Source of the DNA: Microgenomates group bacterium Gr01-1014_7
GTDB taxonomy: Bacteria; Patescibacteriota; Microgenomatia; Daviesbacterales; UBA10151
Assembly: GCA_007376405.1 (NCBI GenBank)
Contig: VMGD01000007.1
Location: 1-53,156, forward strand
DNA: 53,156 nt
Direction of reading: 5' to 3'
A model generated the notes under the pieces. That model worked only from the letters and a program-made list of their open reading frames with translations. It was not told where the DNA came from and made no database searches. A program made the translations under genes and the position numbers. Positions 40,575-49,052 of the stretch are shown piece by piece. Position 1 is the first letter of the stretch; each line of letters opens with the position of its first letter.

Positions 40575-40675
40575 AAAGCGGACAGTAAGGGCAAAAGAGA
40601 AAAAAGAATAATTGCCAGCCCGGCAATCAGAGATAAAATTATCCAGAAAATTCTATATTTTTTTGAATACATCAT
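40571..40675 (-). CDS. 34-aa single-TM microprotein (MMYSKKYRIFWIILSLIAGLAIILFSLLPLLSAF)
   Basis: Hand translation; GGAGG upstream; basic N-terminus plus hydrophobic helix; stop shares TTAA with the convergent gene. Confidence 0.6.
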   Translation of the reverse strand: MMYSKKYRIFWIILSLIAGLAIILFSLLPLLSAF

Positions 40676-40691
40676 GGTCGGCTTCGCCTCC

Positions 40692-40728
40692 AATTTCTAA
40701 TTACTAATTTCTAATTGACCTAACTAAA
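40692..40728 (+). repeat. Tandem 7/9-mer array (TTTCTAA TTACTAA TTTCTAA TTGACCTAA) downstream of the four-helix-bundle gene
   Basis: Read directly; inverted counterpart at 41104-41137. Confidence 0.75.
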
Positions 40729-40737
40729 AAATACTTT

Positions 40738-41100
40738 CTATTTTACTTTCCTATAAATGGAATTAAAAATCAAGTTTAATTCTTTAGCTTCTGTCCATAA
40801 AGTTCTAGCTTCTTCGGTCATGCTGGGAACAGCAATTGCCATCATTCTTAGAAAATGTTTTGCTTCACGGGCTTCTTTCTTACAGATACCAATTTTGTGT
40901 TTAAAGTCGAGTTTACTCTCAGCGTCATCGGCCTCAGAGTAGTTTGCTCCCACACTAGTACCACACTTGACTAGTTGATTAATCAGAGGATGTGTTAGTG
41001 GACCTATGGGAATTTTCTGACAAAACTTGATAATTGCTTCCCCAAATTTTGCAGTCCTTTCTTCAAGATCAAATTTTTTGGTACTTGTATCATTAGACAT
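40738..41100 (-). CDS. Four helix bundle protein (TIGR02436 / 23S-IVS-protein family)
   Basis: DLEERT..F, QLVKCGTSVGANYSEA..AESKLDFKHKIGICKKEARE, EAKELNLIF. Confidence 0.9.
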   Translation of the reverse strand: MSNDTSTKKFDLEERTAKFGEAIIKFCQKIPIGPLTHPLINQLVKCGTSVGANYSEADDAESKLDFKHKIGICKKEAREAKHFLRMMAIAVPSMTEEARTLWTEAKELNLIFNSIYRKVK

Positions 41101-41103
41101 TAT

Positions 41104-41137
41104 TTAGAAATTAGGTTAATTAGGTTAATTAGGTTAA
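41104..41137 (-). repeat. Tandem array (TTAACCTAA)x3 plus TTTCTAA upstream of the four-helix-bundle gene, containing the tyrS stop
   Basis: The + strand reads ttagaaa ttaggttaa ttaggttaa ttaggttaa. Confidence 0.8.
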
Positions 41138-42232
41138 TTTTGTTAACTTCTCTATTTCCTCCAAAGCCTTCCTTCTTTTTGGATCTTCAAAATAACGGCG
41201 TGCTGGTTCTAGTTTTTTAATTAACCATTCTGCCACAGCAGTTTTTAAATCCATGGGGTGCAATTTTTTGCTGGCATAATCTTTTTGCAATTCATTGAAT
41301 GAATTGTAAGTTACATTTCCCCCATGTTCCGGTTTTCTGGAAACTTGTAAAGTTCCGTTCTCTTCATAAAATACTAGATTTTTTGTCCAATCCAAAATTG
41401 GATTAAATGCTATTTCTCCTTCCGGGCAAAAAGCATTATTAACTTTTCTTTTGATTTCATCAGGATAATCATGAATAAAAACAGCAGAATCCGGTTTGGA
41501 TTTGCTCATTTTGGCTGCCTCAATATCTAAAACTTTTTTACCACTCTCATCTGTTGTGAAAACCGGTTGAAGTAATCCCAGGAGTAGATGATGATGAATA
41601 GCCACCGGTTTTCGCTCACCCAAATCCTGCGCAGATTCTCTTGCAACAACATGGACATTTCTCTGGTCAGTTCCGGCGTGGGCTATATTTGCCCCCAATG
41701 CAAAAATGTCGGCAGACTGCATAGCCGGATAAATAAGCATGGCAGTATCGGAGATTTCCGACTCTTTCCGCCCCATTATCGTTGTGGATCTGATCATCCT
41801 TGCTAAAGTTGTTGCTTTGGCAACTCTAACAACGTTAGCCCAATAGTCATTGCCCAGTTTTTCATAAAGGTCGCTGCCCAATACGAAATTAATCTTGTCC
41901 GGGTTCGCACCGGCACATAATGCTGCCGCTTTAAGAGCTTTTTCAAAGTATTCTCTTGCCAGCCTTTTTGCTGTTTCCAGCGTCCCATCGAGTTTTTTAT
42001 TAAGCCAGGTATGCCAGTCAGCAAGGAGAATTTGGATTTCAACTCCTGCGTCTTGTAGATCCTTAATTTTCTGCATGGTATAAACCCAGCCCATGTGACC
42101 TTTTCCTGAAATTTCAAAGCCAATGTAGTGGCGGAGTGGAATTCCTGAGTTGATCAAACTCTTTAACTCTTCCTCCGTTAAAACCTCTTCCAGATTTCTG
42201 GTAATTAAATTAAACTTTTCCTCATTTGTCAT
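41129..42232 (-). CDS. tyrS: Tyrosine--tRNA ligase, archaeal/eukaryotic type
   Basis: YIGFEISGKGHMG, LADWH, IYPAMQSADIF, GTDQR, KMSKS, AFCPEG, LHPMDLK; no bacterial S4-like tail. Confidence 0.92.
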   Translation of the reverse strand: MTNEEKFNLITRNLEEVLTEEELKSLINSGIPLRHYIGFEISGKGHMGWVYTMQKIKDLQDAGVEIQILLADWHTWLNKKLDGTLETAKRLAREYFEKALKAAALCAGANPDKINFVLGSDLYEKLGNDYWANVVRVAKATTLARMIRSTTIMGRKESEISDTAMLIYPAMQSADIFALGANIAHAGTDQRNVHVVARESAQDLGERKPVAIHHHLLLGLLQPVFTTDESGKKVLDIEAAKMSKSKPDSAVFIHDYPDEIKRKVNNAFCPEGEIAFNPILDWTKNLVFYEENGTLQVSRKPEHGGNVTYNSFNELQKDYASKKLHPMDLKTAVAEWLIKKLEPARRYFEDPKRRKALEEIEKLTKLT

Positions 42233-42268
42233 AGTTCGATTATATATTATCGTGCTAAAATAACCAAT

Positions 42269-44089
42269 ATGTTTAAGTTTTTAAATGAGAAAAAAATGGA
42301 GAGGGTTAAGACTACCATTGTGACTTCATGGAGGTTGCTGGGTCTGCTTTGGAGTATTGATAAGTGGTTGCTTTTGGGGAATATGGCGGCGGTTTCCGTG
42401 CCGGCGGTTGTTCCTCTTTTGATTGGTTATATTTTTAAACTACTTATTGATCAGGTGGTATTAATTACTTCTGGAAAGCCCGCGGATAATCATTTGATAA
42501 TTCTGATAGTGGTTGCAGGATTTAGTACTTATGTTTTGCAAAGTTTGGCATTCTCCGCCCAGGACTACCTTGTCAGGTTAATCTATACAAAAGTTCCTGT
42601 TTCCTTATATAACATGATTTTACTGAAGGTTTCCAGTCTGGATATGGCTTATTTTGAAGATAGTGAATTTAAATCCACTCTGGAAAAGGCCAGGGATTCA
42701 TATACCTTCAGACCTTTAAATATGATGGATAATTTGCTTTTTACTTTTCAGGGGTTAATACAAATGATTGCGTCTTTGGCAGTTTTGGCATCCCTTAATT
42801 TGTTTTTAATTTTGCTGGTGATTTTGGTGGCTGTGCCGGAATTTCTAAACCGGGCCAGGCAATCCCAGCTTGCCTGGGGTATTTGGGATGCTAATTCCCC
42901 TTTCAGGAAAAAATTCTGGTATGTATCTTGGCTACTTCAAGAAAGAGATGCCATTAAAGAAATGAAGCTTTTTGCTCTTCCGCACCATTTTTTAGCAGAG
43001 CTTAAAGGTTTGCATGAGAAGTTTTATCAGGATAATAAAAAACTGGCTACCAAATATTTCGGCATTAATACTTTGTTTAATTTACTTGAAGGCTTTGCTT
43101 TTATTGGCATCCTTATATACATAATTTTTGAAACTATTGCCAAAAGATTAACTATTGGAGATATTAGCTACTATACTTCAGCAGCCACTAATTTCCAGAA
43201 TGCCATTGGTGGACTCTTTAGAAATGTGGTTAAACTTTTTGAGGGAAGCCTTTATATTGGTTCTATTTTTGAGGTTTTGGATGCCCAGCCTAAAATCAAG
43301 CAGATTGCAAATCCGGTCCGGTTAAATCTTAAGGGTCCACCGTTTATTGGATTTAAAAATGTTACCTTTTCATATCCGGGTACAAAGATTAAAGTACTGA
43401 AAAATTTTGATCTGACAATCAAACCGGGAGAAAAGATAGCGCTGGTTGGAGAAAACGGGTCAGGTAAAACTACCATCATTAAGCTTTTATGCAGGTTTTA
43501 TGATGTTTTGGAGGGAGAGATTTTAATTAACGGAAAAAATATTAAGGATTTAGATTTGAATGAGTGGTACAAAGCAGTCGGAGTTTTATTTCAGGATTTT
43601 GTTAAGTATGAATATAGCGCCAAGCAGAATATATTTTTCGGAAAGGTTTATGAAAAGATGAGCTTAGGAAAGATTATTGAGGCGGCAATATCTTCTGGTG
43701 CAGACCCAATGATTAGAAAATTGGAAAAAGGGTATGAACAAATGCTGGGCAGGACTTTTGAGGGTGGAGTGGAGCTTTCGGTCGGTCAGTGGCAGAAACT
43801 GGCCTTAGCCAGAGGGTTTTTTAGAAATGCCCCTATCTTGATTTTAGATGAGCCAACCGCCGCAATTGATGCTAAAGCCGAGGCGGAAATTTTTAATCGG
43901 GTTGAAAGGTTATCTAAGGATAAAACCGTAATTATTATTTCTCATCGATTTTCCACAGTCAGGAATGCGGACAAAATTTACGTGATTGAAAAGGGAAAAA
44001 TTATAGAATCGGGTTCTCATGAGCAGTTGATAGATTTAAACGGCCAATATGCCACACTTTTTAAACTTCAAGCCAAAGGCTACCGGTAA
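42269..44089 (+). CDS. ABC exporter, fused permease and ATP-binding domains
   Basis: N-terminal TM domain, GENGSGKTT, LSVGQWQK, ILDEPT, ISHRFST. Confidence 0.93.
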   Translation: MFKFLNEKKMERVKTTIVTSWRLLGLLWSIDKWLLLGNMAAVSVPAVVPLLIGYIFKLLIDQVVLITSGKPADNHLIILIVVAGFSTYVLQSLAFSAQDYLVRLIYTKVPVSLYNMILLKVSSLDMAYFEDSEFKSTLEKARDSYTFRPLNMMDNLLFTFQGLIQMIASLAVLASLNLFLILLVILVAVPEFLNRARQSQLAWGIWDANSPFRKKFWYVSWLLQERDAIKEMKLFALPHHFLAELKGLHEKFYQDNKKLATKYFGINTLFNLLEGFAFIGILIYIIFETIAKRLTIGDISYYTSAATNFQNAIGGLFRNVVKLFEGSLYIGSIFEVLDAQPKIKQIANPVRLNLKGPPFIGFKNVTFSYPGTKIKVLKNFDLTIKPGEKIALVGENGSGKTTIIKLLCRFYDVLEGEILINGKNIKDLDLNEWYKAVGVLFQDFVKYEYSAKQNIFFGKVYEKMSLGKIIEAAISSGADPMIRKLEKGYEQMLGRTFEGGVELSVGQWQKLALARGFFRNAPILILDEPTAAIDAKAEAEIFNRVERLSKDKTVIIISHRFSTVRNADKIYVIEKGKIIESGSHEQLIDLNGQYATLFKLQAKGYR

Positions 44090-44163
44090 ATTTCAAATTT
44101 TAGCTTCTGTTTGTGGTAATATATCAAGCTGGATGGCTAATATTACAAAATTAACACAGGCTT
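44057..44163 (+). repeat. Diverged direct repeat, copy 1 (ABC 3' end, promoter and first 10 codons of the 45506 gene)
   Basis: Aligns with 45431-45536; carries a dead-end MANITKLTQAS* start at 44133. Confidence 0.9.
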
Positions 44164-44347
44164 CCTGAAGATTTTTTATTATCCGCATGGTGGCAAGGCC
44201 GGTTCCCAGATGCACTTTCCCGGAAATCTCAAAGCCAATATAATGCTTTAAAGGAGTTCCTGATTCAATCAGCTGTTTTAGTTCTTGTTCAGTTAAAACT
44301 TCCTCCAAATTCCTGGTAATTAAATTAAATTTATCATCGCTGGTCAT
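44159..44347 (-). pseudogene. tyrS: tyrS 5' fragment (63 codons), diverged allele
   Basis: MTSDDKFNLITRNLEEVLTE...YIGFEISGKVHLGT...NLQEA matches the N-terminus of the intact tyrS, then homology stops. Confidence 0.9.
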
Positions 44348-44354
44348 GGATTGA

Positions 44355-44726
44355 TTATACAATATTGTCCTTTGCAAAGGACAGGAATTTTCGGAGTAAA
44401 TTCTCTAAGGAATCGGATTTGCTAATTTGAAAAGAAGGAGAATTGACATTCTCGTATTGCTTAGAATGAAAATGTAAAGGAAATGTAGAAACTTTAGACC
44501 ATTTTTTATCCGGGGTATTATCCAAACGGTAAATTAAATTATCAATATGATTTCTCTCCCAATGAATGGAGAAGCGAAGTTTTGAAACTGTTGTCGTGTA
44601 GAAAAAGTCAATAAAGCTTTTATCCGTAAGGTAAATACGTAGTTTATGTCCTAAATCTTGTGTTGATAAGACTATACCCGAAAATTCAACTTCGGCAATT
44701 CTAGCAAATCTTGTAAATTTTGCCAT
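44355..44726 (-). CDS. DUF6516/TumE-like putative toxin
   Basis: YRLDNTP...STFPLHFH motif in a 123-aa ORF overlapping a small upstream partner. Confidence 0.6.
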   Translation of the reverse strand: MAKFTRFARIAEVEFSGIVLSTQDLGHKLRIYLTDKSFIDFFYTTTVSKLRFSIHWERNHIDNLIYRLDNTPDKKWSKVSTFPLHFHSKQYENVNSPSFQISKSDSLENLLRKFLSFAKDNIV

Positions 44727-44974
44727 AGGTTGGCCTTTTTAAGTTTTAATTTGCGAAGTTCCTTTTCTATTTTTGTTTTCTCGGATAGCAAGTGATCAAA
44801 CAGGAAAAAATCCTCCCCCACAGTTTCCTCGGATAATTTTCCTTTATAAAGTAATTTATCCAGGTCATCAGTGGTTTTGACTCCATACCTTGACGTAAGG
44901 CGGAATAGTTCGGCTTCAATAAGACGATGTTTTTCAATTAAGATAATAGCTTTAGCTTTGTTTTGTTCACTCAT
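44672..44974 (-). CDS. Putative antitoxin partner (TumA-like)
   Basis: 100-aa helical ORF (L...RYGVKT...KGKL.E) upstream of and overlapping the putative toxin. Confidence 0.5.
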   Translation of the reverse strand: MSEQNKAKAIILIEKHRLIEAELFRLTSRYGVKTTDDLDKLLYKGKLSEETVGEDFFLFDHLLSEKTKIEKELRKLKLKKANLWQNLQDLLELPKLNFRV

Positions 44975-45010
44975 ATGAAAAGATTATAACATATTATGAT
45001 AGATAGCATT

Positions 45011-45036
45011 GTGCTAAGATTACCAATATATTTAAG
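45011..45036 (+). repeat. Remnant copy of the ABC exporter promoter and start (42252-42277)
   Basis: gtgctaagattaccaatatatttaag vs gtgctaaaataaccaatatgtttaag, 23/26 identical; ATG reads ATA. Confidence 0.75.
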
Positions 45037-45132
45037 CGGAGTCCCTGAATCAATCAGCTGTTTTAATTCTACCTCTGTTAAAACCTCCTCCAAATTTCGC
45101 TTTATTAAATTAAACTTTTCTTCATTGGTCAT
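45031..45132 (-). pseudogene. tyrS: Second tyrS 5' fragment (34 codons)
   Basis: Hand translation MTNEEKFNLIKRNLEEVLTEVELKQLIDSGTPLK; not in the ORF track. Confidence 0.9.
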
Positions 45133-45386
45133 TTATTTTTTTGGCTTTCTTCCCAAATGATAGCTCTTCTTCTATCAGCATCAGATATTTGAGGAAACGT
45201 GAGGCCAGATTTTCCAGCTCTAGCTTCTCTAATGAATGGATTATCAGTGCTAAAGCTGGGAATAGATCTCGTGTTATCGCCTGAAGCATATTGAAGATCA
45301 CGAAGCCAACCAGAACAAGCTTCTGAACCAAATGCTACAGCCAAGCTTACTGCTAAACATAAACCTAATTCAAATCTTCTATCCAT
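45129..45386 (-). CDS. Small hypothetical protein with N-terminal hydrophobic segment (85 aa)
   Basis: TAGAAT 6 nt before the ATG; stop overlaps the tyrS-fragment ATG (ATGA). Confidence 0.6.
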   Translation of the reverse strand: MDRRFELGLCLAVSLAVAFGSEACSGWLRDLQYASGDNTRSIPSFSTDNPFIREARAGKSGLTFPQISDADRRRAIIWEESQKNK

Positions 45387-45430
45387 GAACTGATTCTATA
45401 TTAATTAGTAAAATTTGACAATACACCCTC

Positions 45431-45536
45431 CTTTTTAAACTTCAGGCTAAAGGTTACCGGTAAATTTCAATTTTGAGCCTTTATTTGTGGTAATATAGGG
45501 CTCAAATGGCTAATATTACAAAATTAACGCAGGCTT
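45431..45536 (+). repeat. Diverged direct repeat, copy 2 (orphan ABC 3' end LFKLQAKGYR*, promoter and start of the 45506 gene)
   Basis: Aligns with 44057-44163. Confidence 0.9.
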
Positions 45537-47074
45537 TGGTGGCAGGATACGATAAGGTCTACTCTACTTCCGATGATAAAACAATCTCGGTCAATCCTTT
45601 AGTGGCAGAGCTTGCTAGCTGGTATGAAAAGTTTCGCACAGCCATGGATTACCGGGCTGATGAGGTGTTACTCCGTTCTGCAATAGAGCGGATTTTAAAG
45701 AGAAGATTGCTTTTAAGCAGCAGTGGTGAAGTCATTGCCGCCCCTTTAATTAGAGAACTTGTCTGGGCCCGCTATTTTCCGGATTCCTCAGTTCCCGAAT
45801 CAAAAGTTGTCAGGGTGGCTCAAACTATTGATCTTTTTTTGCTGCTGGAGAAAAAAATTAATCAAAAGCACAGGATAAATACCGGTTTGGTAAATGAATG
45901 GATCATAGATCTTTTATCCTCTGAAATTGAAGATATTTTAAAACCTGGCAATGAAGCGGATTTGATGTCCAATTTTATCTATCAGCTTTTCAGAGGTAAA
46001 GTTACAATCAGTGATGATTCGGAAGAAACCAGGGATATACAGGTTTACATTGCCGTAAGAAGAGCTTATGCCAATGATGATCTGGCCCTCTTACGCTATC
46101 GCCTTTTTAAACAATATTTTGGTAAACTAACTGTTCATAATTTGGAAAAAGTATCGGAAGATTTTGCCGGGGCAAAAAGAAAACTGGAAGAACAGCTCAA
46201 GTTTCCGGCCAGAGATAAAATTTATACTTACATAAAAAATCAGACCATCCCCTTTTCAATTTTGGATGATGTTTTCAGAAAACATCAGGGGAATGTTTCA
46301 ATCTTAGTAGGCGATGAGGATCAGCTTAATCTGGAAATCTTAAATGCCTGCGCGAGCAGATATAAAACTATCAGAGCCAAGGTTAACAGAGCAATTGTAA
46401 GAAGCGTTATTTTTATATTTTTTACCAAAGCGGCCTTTGCGCTATTTATAGAAGGGACTTTTGAAAGATTAATTTATGGGCAGGTTATTATTTCTTCATT
46501 ACTGATTAATACTTTATCCCCGGTAATTTTAATGATAATAGTCGGGGTTTTAATTAAAACTCCGGGCAGGGATAATTCTTTCCGGATTCAAAAAAAGATT
46601 AATACTATTTTATTTGATGACCCTCCCATACTGGATAAGGATTTGATCCTCAGGCGCAGACCAAGCAAAATTGACCCCTTACTTTGGGGTATGTTTATGT
46701 TGCTTTGGCTGGCTACTTTTGCCCTTTCGTTTGGAGGAATTGTCTTTATTTTAAGCAAATTGCGGGTTAATCCTCTTTCCCAGGGAGTATTTATATTCTT
46801 TTTGGCAATAGTTTCTTTTGTGTCATACAGGATAAACAGGACAGCGCATATGTATATCTTAAAGGACCGCAGAGAGAATTTGGGTTCTTTGATTTTTGAC
46901 TTTTTCTTTATGCCTTTTATACAAGTGGGAAGAAAACTGACACAGGCAGTTTCTCAAATAAATATAGTGCTTTTTATATTTGATTTTATTATTGAAACCC
47001 CATTTAAAGGAATTGTGGCCTTTTTTGAACAGTGGCTATTATTCCTGCGGACCCAAAGAGAAAAACTGGATTGA
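45506..47074 (+). CDS. Hypothetical membrane protein (soluble N-domain plus about 4 TM helices)
   Basis: 522-aa ORF; YEKFRTAMDY...LLRSAIERIL.RRL N-terminus; hydrophobic C-half. Confidence 0.8.
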   Translation: MANITKLTQALVAGYDKVYSTSDDKTISVNPLVAELASWYEKFRTAMDYRADEVLLRSAIERILKRRLLLSSSGEVIAAPLIRELVWARYFPDSSVPESKVVRVAQTIDLFLLLEKKINQKHRINTGLVNEWIIDLLSSEIEDILKPGNEADLMSNFIYQLFRGKVTISDDSEETRDIQVYIAVRRAYANDDLALLRYRLFKQYFGKLTVHNLEKVSEDFAGAKRKLEEQLKFPARDKIYTYIKNQTIPFSILDDVFRKHQGNVSILVGDEDQLNLEILNACASRYKTIRAKVNRAIVRSVIFIFFTKAAFALFIEGTFERLIYGQVIISSLLINTLSPVILMIIVGVLIKTPGRDNSFRIQKKINTILFDDPPILDKDLILRRRPSKIDPLLWGMFMLLWLATFALSFGGIVFILSKLRVNPLSQGVFIFFLAIVSFVSYRINRTAHMYILKDRRENLGSLIFDFFFMPFIQVGRKLTQAVSQINIVLFIFDFIIETPFKGIVAFFEQWLLFLRTQREKLD

Positions 47075-47100
47075 CGCTTCGAAAGAATCTCCTGTACAAT
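47071..47100 (+). promoter_or_regulatory. Sigma70-like promoter of the atp operon (TTGACG-N18-TACAAT), probably leaderless
   Basis: Near-consensus -35 and -10; atpB ATG 7 nt after the -10. Confidence 0.6.
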
Positions 47101-47107
47101 ATAAGGG

Positions 47108-48044
<937 letters not shown>

Positions 48045-48052
48045 CGTTCTTA

Positions 48053-48146
48053 CGTCATCCTGAGCGATTAGCGAAGGATCTCCCGATTTATTCGGGACTC
48101 CACTCGCATTCGCGAGAGATCCTTCGGGCTCCGCCCTCAGGATGAC
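48053..48146. repeat. CGTC-type REP/REPIN-like inverted-repeat element
   Basis: GTCATCCTGAG-N6-CGAAGGATCTC ... GAGATCCTTCG-N9-CTCAGGATGAC with two internal hairpins (arm spacers approximate). Confidence 0.85.
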
Positions 48147-48153
48147 AAAAAAT

Positions 48154-48648
48154 ATGAACTTTTTGTCAGACTTTGGTTTAAACCCGGTGCTTTTGGCCGC
48201 GCAAGTGGTCAATTTTTTAATACTTCTTTGGATTCTTAATAAGTTTCTTTACAAGCCAATTTTAAAAATTTTAGCTGAAAGAAGAAAAAAAGTTGAGGAT
48301 AGTTTAGAGCATGCGGAAGAAGCTGAAAAAAAATTACTTGAAGCTACAGAGGAGGCACAAAATTTAATTGCCAAAGCTGCTGTGGAAGGCCAAAAAATTG
48401 TGGACGGCGCAACCAAAGCCGGTTTGCAGATAAAGGATGAAATTGTGCAAAAAGCGAATGAGGCTGCGGCAGTGGTGTACAAAAAGAATGAAGAGGCAGT
48501 GAGGTTAAGGGAAGAAAGAATGATGAATGAAGTGAGAGCCGCAGCAGCAGATTTGGTAACAGTGGTTATCCAAAAATTAACCGGAAAAGTCATTACTAAG
48601 GATGACCAAAAGAGCATGATAGAAAAAGAAGTTAGGAATTTATCGTGA
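48154..48648 (+). CDS. atpF: ATP synthase F0 subunit b
   Basis: QVVNFLILLWILNKFLYKPI...ERR, then coiled coil. Start moved to 48154 because ATG 48142 lies inside the repeat. Confidence 0.92.
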   Translation: MNFLSDFGLNPVLLAAQVVNFLILLWILNKFLYKPILKILAERRKKVEDSLEHAEEAEKKLLEATEEAQNLIAKAAVEGQKIVDGATKAGLQIKDEIVQKANEAAAVVYKKNEEAVRLREERMMNEVRAAAADLVTVVIQKLTGKVITKDDQKSMIEKEVRNLS

Positions 48649-49052
48649 AAAAAACAAAATTATTACTAAAAACTATAACAAAACTGGTGGAGGTAAGTTT
48701 TAGGGAAGGAAGAGTTGTGGAGAGTCAGATTGGCAAGCAACTTAAGTTATTAAAGAGTTTACCAAATCATGAGGCAATTTGGGCAATTGGAGAATATTTA
48801 AAAGAGTTAAAAAGGAGACAAAGACAACATACCATGTATATTGAAACAGTTATTCCCCTTTCCCCTGCTCAAATTAAAAAAGCTAAAAAAATAGTGGAAA
48901 AACGGGTTAAGATTACCAGGGTTTTAACTGCAATTAATCCGGAAATTTTAGGAGGATTTAAATTAAAAGTGGGAGATAATGTCTGGGATGAAAGCATTCT
49001 GGGGAAGTTGAATCAGGTTAGAGAGGAGATTCTAAATGGCAGATCTAATTAG
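48645..49052 (+). CDS. atpH: ATP synthase F1 subunit delta (short form)
   Basis: [19 protein letters not shown]; located between atpF and atpA. Confidence 0.85.
   Translation: MKKTKLLLKTITKLVEVSFREGRVVESQIGKQLKLLKSLPNHEAIWAIGEYLKELKRRQRQHTMYIETVIPLSPAQIKKAKKIVEKRVKITRVLTAINPEILGGFKLKVGDNVWDESILGKLNQVREEILNGRSN

Noticed and set aside
40738-41100. Diversity-generating retroelement or 23S rRNA intervening sequence suggested by the four-helix-bundle family
   Set aside because: No reverse transcriptase, no template/variable repeat pair with adenine-specific mismatches, and no rRNA in the window.
44093-44377. 94-aa ORF as a functional gene
   Set aside because: It is a tyrS 5' fragment reading on into the antisense of the duplicated 45506 start; most of the catalytic domain is missing.
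42100-45540. Repeated tyrS starts as a simple assembly duplication
   Set aside because: The copies differ at many positions and by an indel, which a duplicated-read artefact would not produce. Strain chimerism still needs a read check.
48142-48153. atpF start at ATG 48142
   Set aside because: That ATG is part of the repeat arm (CAGGATGAC); ATG 48154 gives a normal subunit b N-terminus.
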